64,000 bases of DNA from an uncultured Candidatus Saccharibacteria bacterium (GTDB lineage: Bacteria; Patescibacteriota; Saccharimonadia; Saccharimonadales; 2-12-FULL-41-12), in contig CAZFPJ010000001.1 of assembly GCA_964521095.1 (NCBI GenBank), positions 38,974 through 102,973 of the forward strand, written 5' to 3'. Below are positions 1 through 9,708 of this stretch, one piece after another. The first letter of the stretch is position 1. Each line of letters begins with the position of its first letter. Under the pieces are notes generated by a model that was not told where the DNA came from, did not search any database, and saw only the letters and a program-made list of their open reading frames with translations. A program made the translations under genes and the position numbers.

Positions 1-136
1 AGTCGAGAATACAGTATATATATTACCCAACGAAGAGCACAGAGTATTGTTAAGTAGGCCCAACAACATTATCGGTGAACTTGTGGTAAGGCATATTAGC
101 CCCGATGACCCCAAAGTGACAATACGATAACTAAAT

Positions 137-2707
137 TTAGTTCGGTTTGTAGCTTAACAGATACTTCTTTATCTTGGGTTCGTCTCGTTTGCGCCAGGCT
201 ACTCTGGCTTCTATCTCCGAAAAAGCTACGGTGATATTGCGGTGTAGTGCCACAACTTTGAGCTTTGGTGTAAAGAATGTAACAAACTTTTCTTGCCACT
301 CGGGCGTGTTAAGCGGGCCAGCCGAATATGTAACAAAATGGTCAAAAGATTTGCTGTCGCCATAGATGCCCTCTAGCCGAGTCCAGTTTGTTGTTAACCA
401 GTCCCAGGCAAGCTCTCTGGTGTGTTTGTTTTGCATCAGATACGCATACCAGCGAAAGATGTCTTGTGGGCGCACAAAACCATCCTCTCCCAGACTGGCA
501 GTTATGATATGCTTTGCATCTTCTGTATTCTTAACGCGACAAATTCCTGCTGTTATAGCGTGCTGCACATCTGGGTTGGTAGAAGTTTTGTATTGATTCA
601 TGAGATCATCTAGGTCGGCTTGGCCACCTCGCACAGCAACGCCGACAATTAGGGCGCGATAATCGGCGGGTAAGTCCGCAACAGTTTTGGCTTTTTTATA
701 ACGGTTGATTGCTTCGTCGATTGCTATTTTATCTTGCCCGGATGTCATCAGAGCCACCATGGTGTGGCGCAGGTGCTTAGTGTTCGGGTCGTCAGAAACT
801 TGGTCATCCCAGCCAAGACTTGCAAACTGGTCTTTTGCCAGAGAAACACGGAGTCTACGCAGGGCTACCGCAGAGGCTTTATCGCCCTCTATAAGCCCAC
901 TCGCAAGACTAATTGTTCGACATATTAATGCCCATACGGCATCTCGAGGTTCGTGCGCACAACCTTCAATAATAGCCATAGAGTCTGCGACACTGGCATC
1001 TCCGCGCCGAGCCAAGAGGAGTTGATCGTTCAAGATGTTGATCCGTGACTCTGCTTTTACGGTCTGGTTGGCTATTGCTGTTGCTAAGAAATTCTTGTGG
1101 TCTTTGGTCGTATAGTTTGTTACAAAATGTCCGCTAGCAGATGTATTCAAAATAATTTCATTGGGCTTGGATATTTCAAACTCCGTAGTTTTTTGGTCTA
1201 GCAGTTCGATATTGAGCTCGGATTCCGCCAATAGTGGTATGGGCCAAAGGTATTTTGAATCCTTTTGGTCCAACACAAAACGCTCTTGCGACAGCATTAT
1301 CTTGTTGCCTTTGGCTCCCACAGACACAACAGGCATGCCAGATTGCTCTAGCCAGGGGCTCATAAGAGCGTTTATGTCTTTGCCACTAGCCTTTGATAGC
1401 TCTGTCCACAAGTCGTCCTTGGTTGTGTTTTTGTAGGCATGTTTCGAAAAATATGTTCTTAGGCCTTCTCGGAAAGCTTTTTCGCCAATGTAATCGAGGA
1501 GCATCTTGAGCAATCGTCCTCCTTTGGCATAGACAATCGCTGGGTCGAACAGGCTGTGGATCTCGTCGGGGTGGTTTACGGCAACTCGTACTGGCTGTAC
1601 GGCCTTGTAGATATCTCGGTTAGAAGCCGACAAAACATCCATGGTGACATATTGCTCCCACTGGTGCCAGTCTGGGTGAAGTCTGTCCAGGGCTACATGC
1701 TCCATCATGCTGGCAAAACTCTCGTTAAGCCATAAGTCGTCCCACCACTTCATGGTTACGAGGTTGCCAAACCATTGGTGGCTTAGCTCGTGCGCTACCA
1801 CCATAGATATATATTGCTCACTAGACAGCGAGCGGTTTTTAGGGTCCGTTAGCAAGGCGATCTCTCGGTAGGTTATAAGGCCCCAGTTTTCCATGGCACC
1901 ACTTTCGAAGTCGGGCAGGGCTACCTGGTCGACTTTTGGTAAAGGGAAGGGTGTGTCAAAGTAATCTTCAAAAAATTCTAGTACTTTTACTGCCTCTTCG
2001 TTAGCATATTGCATAAAGCTAAGCGGTTGCGCTACCGTGCCCCAGGTTTGCACCAGCTGGCCTGCTTTGGTCTTGGCTTTTACGGCGTGCATCTCGCCGG
2101 TTACAAAAGCTAGCAGATAGGTGCTCATCATTGGTGTAGTATCGAAGGTAGTTACGAGCTTACCGTTCGCTTCTTTTTGAGATTTGGCAGGGGTATTTCC
2201 AAGCACCACTTCACCTTTTTTGGTGGTTAGGGTGAGGTCAAAGGTGGCTTTGGCTTCGGGCTCGTCAATACAAGGGAAGACCTCGCGCGCGTGATGCGAC
2301 TCAAATTGGGTAGCCAGGAGCTTTTTCTTTTGTCCTTCATGCTCAAAGTAGCATGGATAGAGCCCATGCATTTGGTCGGTAATGCGCCCAGAAAATTCCA
2401 AAGTTATTTGGTATTGGCCTGGATAGACCATGTTTTTGCTGTGCAAGCGAACTTCGTCAAATTTGTTATGAGTGTTTATACGATCAACCTCGATAGCTTT
2501 TTGGTCTTTGCCAAGTTTCTCGAGCTTTGCGCTTGTAACCTTTAAGTCCTTTTGGTGCAGAGTGATGCGTTGGCTTGGCCGACCAGTCTTTTTGCCAATG
2601 ATTACTACAGACCCCGTAAAGGTCATGTTATCTGTGTTCGGGTGCAGAGATAGTCCGTAATGCTCGGGCTGAAAGTCCCGAAAGAGTCTTTTTACTGTTT
2701 TAGTCAT
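137..2707 (-). CDS. pepN: M1-family aminopeptidase N
   Basis: 856-aa ORF with the GAMENWG exopeptidase motif and HELSHQWFGNLVTMKWWDDLWLNE (HExxH-x18-E zinc site). Confidence 0.9.
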   Translation of the reverse strand: MTKTVKRLFRDFQPEHYGLSLHPNTDNMTFTGSVVIIGKKTGRPSQRITLHQKDLKVTSAKLEKLGKDQKAIEVDRINTHNKFDEVRLHSKNMVYPGQYQITLEFSGRITDQMHGLYPCYFEHEGQKKKLLATQFESHHAREVFPCIDEPEAKATFDLTLTTKKGEVVLGNTPAKSQKEANGKLVTTFDTTPMMSTYLLAFVTGEMHAVKAKTKAGQLVQTWGTVAQPLSFMQYANEEAVKVLEFFEDYFDTPFPLPKVDQVALPDFESGAMENWGLITYREIALLTDPKNRSLSSEQYISMVVAHELSHQWFGNLVTMKWWDDLWLNESFASMMEHVALDRLHPDWHQWEQYVTMDVLSASNRDIYKAVQPVRVAVNHPDEIHSLFDPAIVYAKGGRLLKMLLDYIGEKAFREGLRTYFSKHAYKNTTKDDLWTELSKASGKDINALMSPWLEQSGMPVVSVGAKGNKIMLSQERFVLDQKDSKYLWPIPLLAESELNIELLDQKTTEFEISKPNEIILNTSASGHFVTNYTTKDHKNFLATAIANQTVKAESRINILNDQLLLARRGDASVADSMAIIEGCAHEPRDAVWALICRTISLASGLIEGDKASAVALRRLRVSLAKDQFASLGWDDQVSDDPNTKHLRHTMVALMTSGQDKIAIDEAINRYKKAKTVADLPADYRALIVGVAVRGGQADLDDLMNQYKTSTNPDVQHAITAGICRVKNTEDAKHIITASLGEDGFVRPQDIFRWYAYLMQNKHTRELAWDWLTTNWTRLEGIYGDSKSFDHFVTYSAGPLNTPEWQEKFVTFFTPKLKVVALHRNITVAFSEIEARVAWRKRDEPKIKKYLLSYKPN

Positions 2708-2738
2708 AGAGTATTAGTATACGGCAAACTCCAATATA

Positions 2739-2768
2739 TTGACAAATGATAAGAGAGTATGATATAAT
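2739..2768 (+). promoter_or_regulatory. sigma70-like promoter (TTGACA-18-TATAAT) with no downstream CDS
   Basis: TTGACA at 2739-2744 and TATAAT at 2763-2768. It points away from pepN into a region with no + strand ORF. Confidence 0.5.
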
Positions 2769-2774
2769 ATAAAG

Positions 2775-2952
2775 AGCACGAGCCTTGAGGTAGGTTATCT
2801 CGGTTAAAACTGTATGGTCATGACAGACTTTTCTTTCCCGCCCAAAGCGGTCCTCCCTTCGTCCTTTACCCTCAACTTTCATATCTAGCTTGTCATTTTT
2901 TCATTAATAGATTATTATAGATGTAGTAGTCGGCCAGCAGGTCGACTTTTTT
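2775..2952 (+). ncRNA. candidate ~180-nt small RNA of unknown class
   Basis: Bracketed by the consensus-like promoter at 2739-2768 and an intrinsic terminator at 2928-2952. Internal pairings include UUGAGG/CCUCAA and CCGC-CCAAA-GCGG. The only ORF is a 24-codon one with no RBS. Confidence 0.3.
2928..2952 (+). terminator. rho-independent terminator
   Basis: AGUCGGCC-AGCA-GGUCGACU stem-loop followed by a T6 run. There is no T-run on the opposite strand. Confidence 0.6.
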
Positions 2953-3099
2953 CATGTACATTTGTAATGAAATTTAATAATAAAAAACGGCTCGTTTTGT
3001 ACTTGAGATCAGTACAAGGAAACGGCGAGGAACGGAGTAAAACATACATTGAGTATGTTGCACGAGTACCGAAGCCTGTTGACGCAGTAATGAGCCAGG

Positions 3100-3145
3100 A
3101 GCTTTAGCGGTGCAGGCAGACTGTGTCTGGCTGGCAGGCTAAAGC
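3100..3145 (+). promoter_or_regulatory. long leader hairpin immediately upstream of the nusA RBS
   Basis: GCTTTAGC (3101-3108) pairs with GCTAAAGC (3138-3145). It encloses CAGAC-TGT-GTCTG and is followed by the AAGGAG RBS and the ATG at 3164. Confidence 0.35.
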
Positions 3146-3163
3146 GATACATAAGGAGACGAG

Positions 3164-4354
3164 ATGGATACACTAGATGTAAAACAACTAGGCTTAGTCA
3201 TAAAGACCATTGCCGAAGAAAAAAACTTGCCAGAAGAGTCTGTGCAAGAAGTAGTAGAGCAGGCCCTAGCTGCCGCCTACCGAAGAGACTTTGGTGACCG
3301 CGAGCAAGAAGTTCGAGTGAGCATAAACTTTAATACAGGCAATATCGATATATTTATTACCAAAGAAGTTGTCGAGCGAGTTGGCGACGAACGGTTTGAG
3401 TTAACCGTAGAGCAGGCCAAAAAGTTCAAAAAAGATGCCAAGATTGGTGATGAGATCGAGATAGCAGAAGTACCAGAAACTTTTGGTAGAGTTGCTGCCC
3501 AAACCGCCAAGCAGGTTATCTTGCAGAGGCTTCGTGAGGCAGAACGAGAGATAATCATGAACGAGTACCAAGACAAGATTGGTACGGTCTTAAACGGCAT
3601 AGTAGCTAGGGTAGAAGGCCGGATTGTCCGAGTAGACCTAGGTCGTGCCCAGGCAATCATGCCTAGTAGCGAGCAAATACAGGGTGAGCGATATCACCCC
3701 GGACAGCGCCTAAAAGTGTTCTTGAAAGATGTAGAACGAGGTATGCGGGGCCCTCAGCTTGTGGTTTCGCGGGCCAGTACAGACTTTATGGAATGGTTGT
3801 TCCGCGGAGAAGTGCCAGAGATGGAGAGTGGCGCAGTAGAGATCAAAGCAATAGCTAGGGAAGCTGGCGTGCGAAGCAAGATTGCCGTTGCAAGCACCGT
3901 ACCTGGAGTTGATCCAGTCGGTACATTTGTTGGTGGCCACGGAACCCGAGTCAACGCCGTTATGAGCGAGATTGGCGAGCAAGAAAAGATAGATATCATT
4001 GTCTGGGATGAAGACCCAATAAGTTTTCTAAAGAATGCCCTTAGCCCGACTCAGGTTAGCAGTGTCGAGCTAGATGATGCCGAAAAACGAGCCAAGGTAA
4101 TTGTGCCAGAGGACCAACAGAGTATCGCTATTGGTAAAGGTGGTCAAAATGTCCGTCTAGCCAGCAAGCTTACCGGTTACGAAATAGATATTACTGCAGA
4201 TGAAGCTACTGCACCTGAAGAAGCCAAAGCCGAAGTTACTACTAGCAAGCCCCTTGGCGGACAAAGACTAAAGAAAAAAGAGGCCCTTGAAAGTAGTTTG
4301 CTCGAAGCTATCGAAGAGCATGGCCAAGACGCCCCCGACTCGAACAAAGAATAA
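3164..4354 (+). CDS. nusA: transcription termination/antitermination factor NusA
   Basis: 396 aa with NusA N-terminal, S1 and KH regions (IAIGKGGQNVRLASKLTGYEIDI). No C-terminal acidic repeats. Confidence 0.93.
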   Translation: MDTLDVKQLGLVIKTIAEEKNLPEESVQEVVEQALAAAYRRDFGDREQEVRVSINFNTGNIDIFITKEVVERVGDERFELTVEQAKKFKKDAKIGDEIEIAEVPETFGRVAAQTAKQVILQRLREAEREIIMNEYQDKIGTVLNGIVARVEGRIVRVDLGRAQAIMPSSEQIQGERYHPGQRLKVFLKDVERGMRGPQLVVSRASTDFMEWLFRGEVPEMESGAVEIKAIAREAGVRSKIAVASTVPGVDPVGTFVGGHGTRVNAVMSEIGEQEKIDIIVWDEDPISFLKNALSPTQVSSVELDDAEKRAKVIVPEDQQSIAIGKGGQNVRLASKLTGYEIDITADEATAPEEAKAEVTTSKPLGGQRLKKKEALESSLLEAIEEHGQDAPDSNKE

Positions 4355-4396
4355 GCGTTTACATTTGCCCCCGACAAGAGTATCGTCAGAAGTACG

Positions 4397-4768
4397 ATGT
4401 TTTTTAGGAACCCTGAAAGAGGCGATAACTATCCAGAGAAGGCTACTGCCTACGAGGCACTCCAATGCAAGTCTTGCGGAGATGGTTTGTGTCACCCAGT
4501 CGGTAACGGTACTTTAATAGAAGAAAATCGGCGCAGGATGGCCGGCACCGTTAGCTGGGTGGTATCAGTAGAGTGTCCTAATTGTGATCTGGTTAGTGAT
4601 GTGTTTATGGATAGTCAGGGAGTCAGAGAGTTGTATGACGCTCAAGCTGAAGGGCTACAAGATCTAAAGCGAGATCTCGAAGATATTACTCGTTTGAATA
4701 TGATTCTAGAAGTAGAGGTGTTTGCAGGCGCTTTGCGCAATGGGTATATTTTGCCTGAGGATTTCTAA
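4397..4768 (+). CDS. hypothetical zinc-ribbon protein
   Basis: 123 aa with two CxxC pairs (CKSCGDGLC and CPNC) followed by a helical acidic tail. No family recognised. Confidence 0.6.
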   Translation: MFFRNPERGDNYPEKATAYEALQCKSCGDGLCHPVGNGTLIEENRRRMAGTVSWVVSVECPNCDLVSDVFMDSQGVRELYDAQAEGLQDLKRDLEDITRLNMILEVEVFAGALRNGYILPEDF

Positions 4769-4769
4769 G

Positions 4770-4796
4770 CTAGCACTCTTGTATGTCGAGTGCCAG
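4770..4796 (+). promoter_or_regulatory. CIRCE-like inverted repeat (putative HrcA operator) upstream of clpC
   Basis: CTAGCACTC-N9-GAGTGCCAG compared with the CIRCE consensus TTAGCACTC-N9-GAGTGCTAA. There is one mismatch between the arms. Confidence 0.55.
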
Positions 4797-4807
4797 GATG
4801 GTACTAT
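4779..4807 (+). promoter_or_regulatory. putative clpC promoter overlapping the CIRCE element
   Basis: TTGTAT (4779-4784, inside the CIRCE spacer), a 17-nt spacer, then TACTAT (4802-4807). Confidence 0.4.
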
Positions 4808-4857
4808 TTATGTAGTGGATTTACCACGAAGCATTGTATAAATGGAGAGCTGTAATT

Positions 4858-7320
4858 ATGATGCCATCGGCAGACTTTCAGGATTTTTTGAATCATTTGA
4901 CAGAAAATGCGCTAGCTAGTTTGCGCAATGCTGATGCTATTGCCCGTGGTCACGGTAGTTCATATGTTGGAACAGAACATCTGTTGTTAGGTGTTCTAGC
5001 ACAAGATTCTTCCATGGGCGCTAAGCTTTTAGACGGAGCAGGGGTAACTCTGCAAAAAGCTCGGTTGGCGCTCAACACTCCTCCCAGGGGATCTGGTGAG
5101 TTGGGGGCTAAAGGCCTCAGTGAGGTTGCAAAGCTTACGCTCAAGATGGCCTATGAGATTGCTAGAGATTTTGGCCAAGAATACTGTGGCACCGAACACA
5201 TACTGCACAGCATACTAGGTCAAAAAAATGCTAGAGCAACCGAAATGCTTCGATCTATGGGTGTCAATGTAGAACACCTAAATATAGAGCTAGAGCAATT
5301 TTTGAATAGGCAACAAACGCAGGGCCCGAGCGACATATCTACTGCGACCAAGAAGCGCAAAAAGAGTGCCCTCGATTTTTTTGGCACAGACTTAACGGAC
5401 AAAGCTGTCAAGGCAAAGCTTGACCCTGTGGTTGGGCGAGATGCTCAAATTGCTAGGATTATTACAATATTAAGTCGCAGAACCAAGAATAACCCAGTGC
5501 TCATTGGTGATCCGGGGGTTGGGAAAACGGCAATTGTCGAGGGGCTAGCCTCTAGAATTGTGGCCGAAGAAGTTCCAGACAATCTGCTTGGCAAACGAAT
5601 AGTAATGCTTGATCTTGCTGCCATGATTGCTGGCACAAAGTACCGTGGTGAGTTTGAGGAACGGCTTAAAAAAGTGATGGCAGAGCTAGAGAGCGACTCT
5701 AAGACAATAATTTTTGTTGACGAACTACACCTGATCGTTGGCGCAGGAGCCGCCGAGGGGGCTATGGACGCTGGTAATATGTTAAAGCCAGCGCTGGCGC
5801 GGGGCAAGATACAGCTTATTGGTGCTACTACCACCGATGAATATTCAAAATATGTTGAAAAAGACGCAGCACTAGAACGACGATTTCAGCCAGTTATAGT
5901 GCCAGAAGCTACCCCTAGCGAGACAGTCAACATATTAAAGGGTTTGCGCAAACACTACGAGAAGTTTCATAAAGTCAAAATTAGCGATGAAGTCATTGAC
6001 GACACGGTCCGGTTTGCTAGCCGGTATCTAAACGATCGTTTTATGCCAGACAAAGCCATCGACTTGCTCGATGAAGCATCGGCCCACCTGCGGGTGAATA
6101 AAGGCAAGACACCGTCAGAGCTCCGCAAGGCTCAGAAAGAACTCCGCTTGTTGCAGGTCCGCATAGAAGACGCGGCAACGGCCGAAAACTATGAATTGGC
6201 AGCAAAGTTTAAAACTAAAGCCAGTCAATTATCCAAAGATATTTTGAAGTTGCAAGCCAAACACAATGACGGCAGAGTTTTGAACTTATCTAGTGACGAT
6301 GTTGCTAATGTGGTGGCTAGGATTACCGGTGTGCCAGTGAACAAGGTCATTCGTAGCGAAGCCAAGTATCTCTTGAATCTAGAAAAAACTTTATCAAGCT
6401 ATATTATCGGCCAGGAGGAAGCGGTAGAGGCTGTCAGTAAGGCTGTTCGACGAAATCGTAGTGGCGTATCTGATGGCCGTCGCCCGATTGGTTCATTTGT
6501 TTTTCTTGGTCCAACCGGCGTTGGTAAAACAGAGCTTGCAAGGGTTTTGGCCCGAGAATTCTTTGGCTCCGAAGATAGTCTGATAAAGATAGACATGAGT
6601 GAATTTGGCGAACACCACAATGTGTCCAGACTCATGGGCGCGCCGGCTGGGTATGTTGGTTACGACGACGGAGGGCAGTTGACGGACAAAATTCGTAGAC
6701 AACCTTATAGTCTTGTCTTGTTTGACGAGATTGAAAAAGCCCACCCTGATGTGTTTAATATAATGTTACAGCTATTAGAGGATGGCCGGCTAACCGATGG
6801 TAAGGGTCGAGCGATAGACTTTAGTAACACCATTATAATCATGACTAGCAATATTGGCGCCGAGAAGTTACAGAAAGAGTCGGAGTTTGGCTTTTCCGCA
6901 GATACTAGCAAAGATCTTAATGACCTTGATCAACTGCACAAACGAAATCAAGAAAAGGTTTTCGCTGAGCTTAAGAAACTGATGCGCCCCGAGATGATTA
7001 ATCGAATCGACAAAGCTATAGTTTTCCGGTCGCTCACCAAGAGCGAGATCCAAAAGATTTTAGACATACAGATTGGTGAGTTGTCCGAGAGGCTATTGCG
7101 ACAAGGACTGGGGATTAAGCTAGATAAAAAAGCCAAGAAGCTTCTGATAGAAAAAGGGTATGATCCACAAAATGGGGTGCGCCCAATGCGCAGAGTTTTG
7201 CAGGACGAGATAGAAGACCCTATATCGGAGGCTCTGCTAGATGCGACCTACCAAAAAGGTACGGTTGTTTTGGTAAGCGCTCGCGCTAATAAACTAGTTT
7301 TCAGTTCGAACAAAGAATAA
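4858..7320 (+). CDS. clpC: ATP-dependent Clp protease ATP-binding subunit ClpC
   Basis: Clp_N repeats, two AAA+ modules (GDPGVGKT and GPTGVGKT) and a UVR-like linker. The ATG at 4858 follows GGAGAG; the TTG at 4834 in the ORF track is less likely. Confidence 0.92.
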   Translation: MMPSADFQDFLNHLTENALASLRNADAIARGHGSSYVGTEHLLLGVLAQDSSMGAKLLDGAGVTLQKARLALNTPPRGSGELGAKGLSEVAKLTLKMAYEIARDFGQEYCGTEHILHSILGQKNARATEMLRSMGVNVEHLNIELEQFLNRQQTQGPSDISTATKKRKKSALDFFGTDLTDKAVKAKLDPVVGRDAQIARIITILSRRTKNNPVLIGDPGVGKTAIVEGLASRIVAEEVPDNLLGKRIVMLDLAAMIAGTKYRGEFEERLKKVMAELESDSKTIIFVDELHLIVGAGAAEGAMDAGNMLKPALARGKIQLIGATTTDEYSKYVEKDAALERRFQPVIVPEATPSETVNILKGLRKHYEKFHKVKISDEVIDDTVRFASRYLNDRFMPDKAIDLLDEASAHLRVNKGKTPSELRKAQKELRLLQVRIEDAATAENYELAAKFKTKASQLSKDILKLQAKHNDGRVLNLSSDDVANVVARITGVPVNKVIRSEAKYLLNLEKTLSSYIIGQEEAVEAVSKAVRRNRSGVSDGRRPIGSFVFLGPTGVGKTELARVLAREFFGSEDSLIKIDMSEFGEHHNVSRLMGAPAGYVGYDDGGQLTDKIRRQPYSLVLFDEIEKAHPDVFNIMLQLLEDGRLTDGKGRAIDFSNTIIIMTSNIGAEKLQKESEFGFSADTSKDLNDLDQLHKRNQEKVFAELKKLMRPEMINRIDKAIVFRSLTKSEIQKILDIQIGELSERLLRQGLGIKLDKKAKKLLIEKGYDPQNGVRPMRRVLQDEIEDPISEALLDATYQKGTVVLVSARANKLVFSSNKE

Positions 7321-7351
7321 GCTGTTATACTGGTTCTTGAGATAAATTATT

Positions 7352-8308
7352 ATGCGATTTCGTATTATTGGTATCAGTACCCTTTTGGCGCTTATTGTAG
7401 CTGGCGTTAGTGTCTACAAATTTCAGGCTATATCTGACTGGCTGGCTCTGTATAACTATGCTCCATCCAGTCAAGTAGTCACTTTGGCCGATCAGACGAC
7501 AATGCAAGATGGCACCAGGCGCGTGTTCTATGTCAATCATCCTTCAATAGATTCCAAGGCTGTTTTTAACGAGCATTGTCCTAAAAACGCCGAAAAAACC
7601 ATAGTGTTAGGTTGTTTTACCCCTCCCAAGGGTATTTATCTTCTAGGAGTTAACGACAGTCGGCTAAATGGAGTGGTGCAAGTTACTGCATCTCATGAAG
7701 TCTTGCATGCAGAGTACGAGAGGCTAAGCGGTGGCGAAAAAGCCAGAGTCAATGCCATGATAGAAGAGGCCTATAAAGATGTTAAGGACGAGCGGATCAA
7801 AAGTGCTGTAGAAGCTTATAAAAAATCTGGTGCCGATGTTAATAACGAGCTGCATTCTATATTGGCAACAGAGGTAGACAAACTACCCCAAGACCTAGAA
7901 GAGTATTATTCAAGATATTTTAAAGACAGAAAAAAGGTCATTGCGTACTACGCGTCTTACGAGCAAGCCTTTAAAGACCTAAAATCTCAGGTTGATCAAG
8001 ATGACAAAAAACTAGCTAGTTTAAAATCAATCATAGAGTCTAACCAAAAGCGCATAGAAACTGGCGGGCAAGAGATTGATGCCGAAAGGAAGAAGATGGA
8101 TAGTTTGTTGTCTAGCAAAAAGATAGACGAATATAACGAAGCTGTACCAGATTTTAATCAGAAAGTTAAAGATCACAATAGCCTGGTTGCTGGCACGAAG
8201 TCGTTGATACAGGAATATAATAAACTAGTCGAGCAACGCAATAATATTGCCGTGCAACAGCAACATCTCTTTGAGGCAATAGACAGTAGCAAGCTAACCG
8301 ACAAGTAG
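7352..8308 (+). CDS. membrane-anchored hypothetical protein with an HExxH motif and a coiled-coil tail
   Basis: N-terminal TM segment (IIGISTLLALIVAGVSVY), the motif SHEVLHAEYERLSGGEK, and a Lys/Glu-rich C-terminal half. Confidence 0.7.
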   Translation: MRFRIIGISTLLALIVAGVSVYKFQAISDWLALYNYAPSSQVVTLADQTTMQDGTRRVFYVNHPSIDSKAVFNEHCPKNAEKTIVLGCFTPPKGIYLLGVNDSRLNGVVQVTASHEVLHAEYERLSGGEKARVNAMIEEAYKDVKDERIKSAVEAYKKSGADVNNELHSILATEVDKLPQDLEEYYSRYFKDRKKVIAYYASYEQAFKDLKSQVDQDDKKLASLKSIIESNQKRIETGGQEIDAERKKMDSLLSSKKIDEYNEAVPDFNQKVKDHNSLVAGTKSLIQEYNKLVEQRNNIAVQQQHLFEAIDSSKLTDK

Positions 8309-8331
8309 GTCTGCTAAACTATTAAGTAATT

Positions 8332-9684
8332 ATGGCAAAAAAGACTAACACCAGATTTGTTTGCAGTAGTTGTGGCGCAAATTTTAGCGCTTGGGCTGGT
8401 CGCTGTAGCACTTGTGGCGAGTGGAACACTCTGCAGGAGGAGGCGATATTGGTGGGGGGTTCTTTGGGCGCAAATACCAATAGCAAGGGTCTCGAGCTAG
8501 TTTCTCCTGCTTCGGTTAGCAAAACCAAGCTTGTTAAAAGGGTAGCGACTGGGATTGGTGAGGTAGACACTGTTTTGGGGGGCGGGCTAGTTCCGGGTAG
8601 TGCCGTGTTGATTGCTGGTCAGCCAGGAATTGGCAAGAGTACCCTGCTGTTGCAACTGTCGGCATTTTTATCTAAAGGCTCAAAAGTTTTGTATGTAAGC
8701 GCCGAAGAGTCGGTGCAACAAATAGGGCTTAGGGCTTCTAGGATTGACGCAACTGAGAGTAACTTAAAGCTAGCAAGCAGTACTAGTGTAGAAGAGATAG
8801 TTGTTGCCATGCAGAGCAAGGCATACGATGTTGTAATAGTTGACTCCATTCAGGCGGTAGCTGTCTCGGAAGTCGGCTCTTTGGCTGGGACTGTCAGTCA
8901 GATCACTAATAGTACTCATATGCTCATGTCTGTAGCCAAACAAACCAATACGGCGGTTATCATGGTGGGACATGTTACTAAAGAAGGTAATATTGCCGGT
9001 CCTAAAGTACTAGAGCATGTAGTTGATGTCGTTTTGCAACTTGAAGGAGACAGATATGGTGGCTTCAAGATGTTACGAAGTGTCAAAAATCGTTTTGGCT
9101 CGACCAACGAAGTTGGTATTTTCGAGATGCAGGACGACGGGCTTAAGCCGGTAGAGAACCCCTCGGCCGCACTTTTATCAGAGAGGCAAATTAGCGACGG
9201 TTCGGTAGTTCTAGCAACCATGGAGGGCAGTCGGGCTTTGTTGGTAGAAGTTCAGGCGCTGGTTAACAAAACTTCTTATGGATACCCAAAACGAACGGCT
9301 AGCGGGCTAGAGCTTAATAGGCTAAACCTGTTGGTCGCCATGCTAGAGCAGAGGACAAAACTGAATTTGTCTGACAAGGACATCTATATCAATATTGTCG
9401 GTGGAATCAAAATTAGCGAGCCCGCTGCCGACTTGGCAGTATGTCTAGCCATCGGTTCCGCGTCCAAAGGCCTTAAGCTCAAAGAAAACGCTGTTGTGTT
9501 TGGGGAAGTAGGGTTGAGTGGTGAGGTACGCCATGTACCTTTTGTAGACAAACGGATCGCTGAAGCCAAAAAGCTTGGATTTAAGTTAGCGATTGGTCCA
9601 AAAAACCAGAGCTCCAAAAAGATAGCTTCTCTGAGTAGTGTTTCTAGTGTCAGAGAAGCTCTGAATACTTTTCTCGAAAACTAA
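8332..9684 (+). CDS. radA: DNA repair protein RadA/Sms
   Basis: Zinc ribbon CSSCGANFSAWAGRCSTCGEWNT, Walker A GQPGIGKST, the KNRFG motif and a Lon-like C-terminus. Confidence 0.95.
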   Translation: MAKKTNTRFVCSSCGANFSAWAGRCSTCGEWNTLQEEAILVGGSLGANTNSKGLELVSPASVSKTKLVKRVATGIGEVDTVLGGGLVPGSAVLIAGQPGIGKSTLLLQLSAFLSKGSKVLYVSAEESVQQIGLRASRIDATESNLKLASSTSVEEIVVAMQSKAYDVVIVDSIQAVAVSEVGSLAGTVSQITNSTHMLMSVAKQTNTAVIMVGHVTKEGNIAGPKVLEHVVDVVLQLEGDRYGGFKMLRSVKNRFGSTNEVGIFEMQDDGLKPVENPSAALLSERQISDGSVVLATMEGSRALLVEVQALVNKTSYGYPKRTASGLELNRLNLLVAMLEQRTKLNLSDKDIYINIVGGIKISEPAADLAVCLAIGSASKGLKLKENAVVFGEVGLSGEVRHVPFVDKRIAEAKKLGFKLAIGPKNQSSKKIASLSSVSSVREALNTFLEN

Positions 9685-9708
9685 ATTCTCAAAGATAGAT
9701 TGACCATA

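Noticed and set aside
2700-2882. 60-aa minus-strand ORF upstream of pepN
   Set aside because: It overlaps the pepN start codon region and the promoter-terminator unit on the other strand. It has no RBS, and its sequence is unremarkable.
2775-2952. SRP RNA or 6S RNA identity for the orphan small transcript
   Set aside because: There is no GGAA-tetraloop helix-8 motif (…CCGGAAGGAAGCAGCC…), and no long 5'/3' closing helix with a central bubble as in 6S. It is left as an unknown class.
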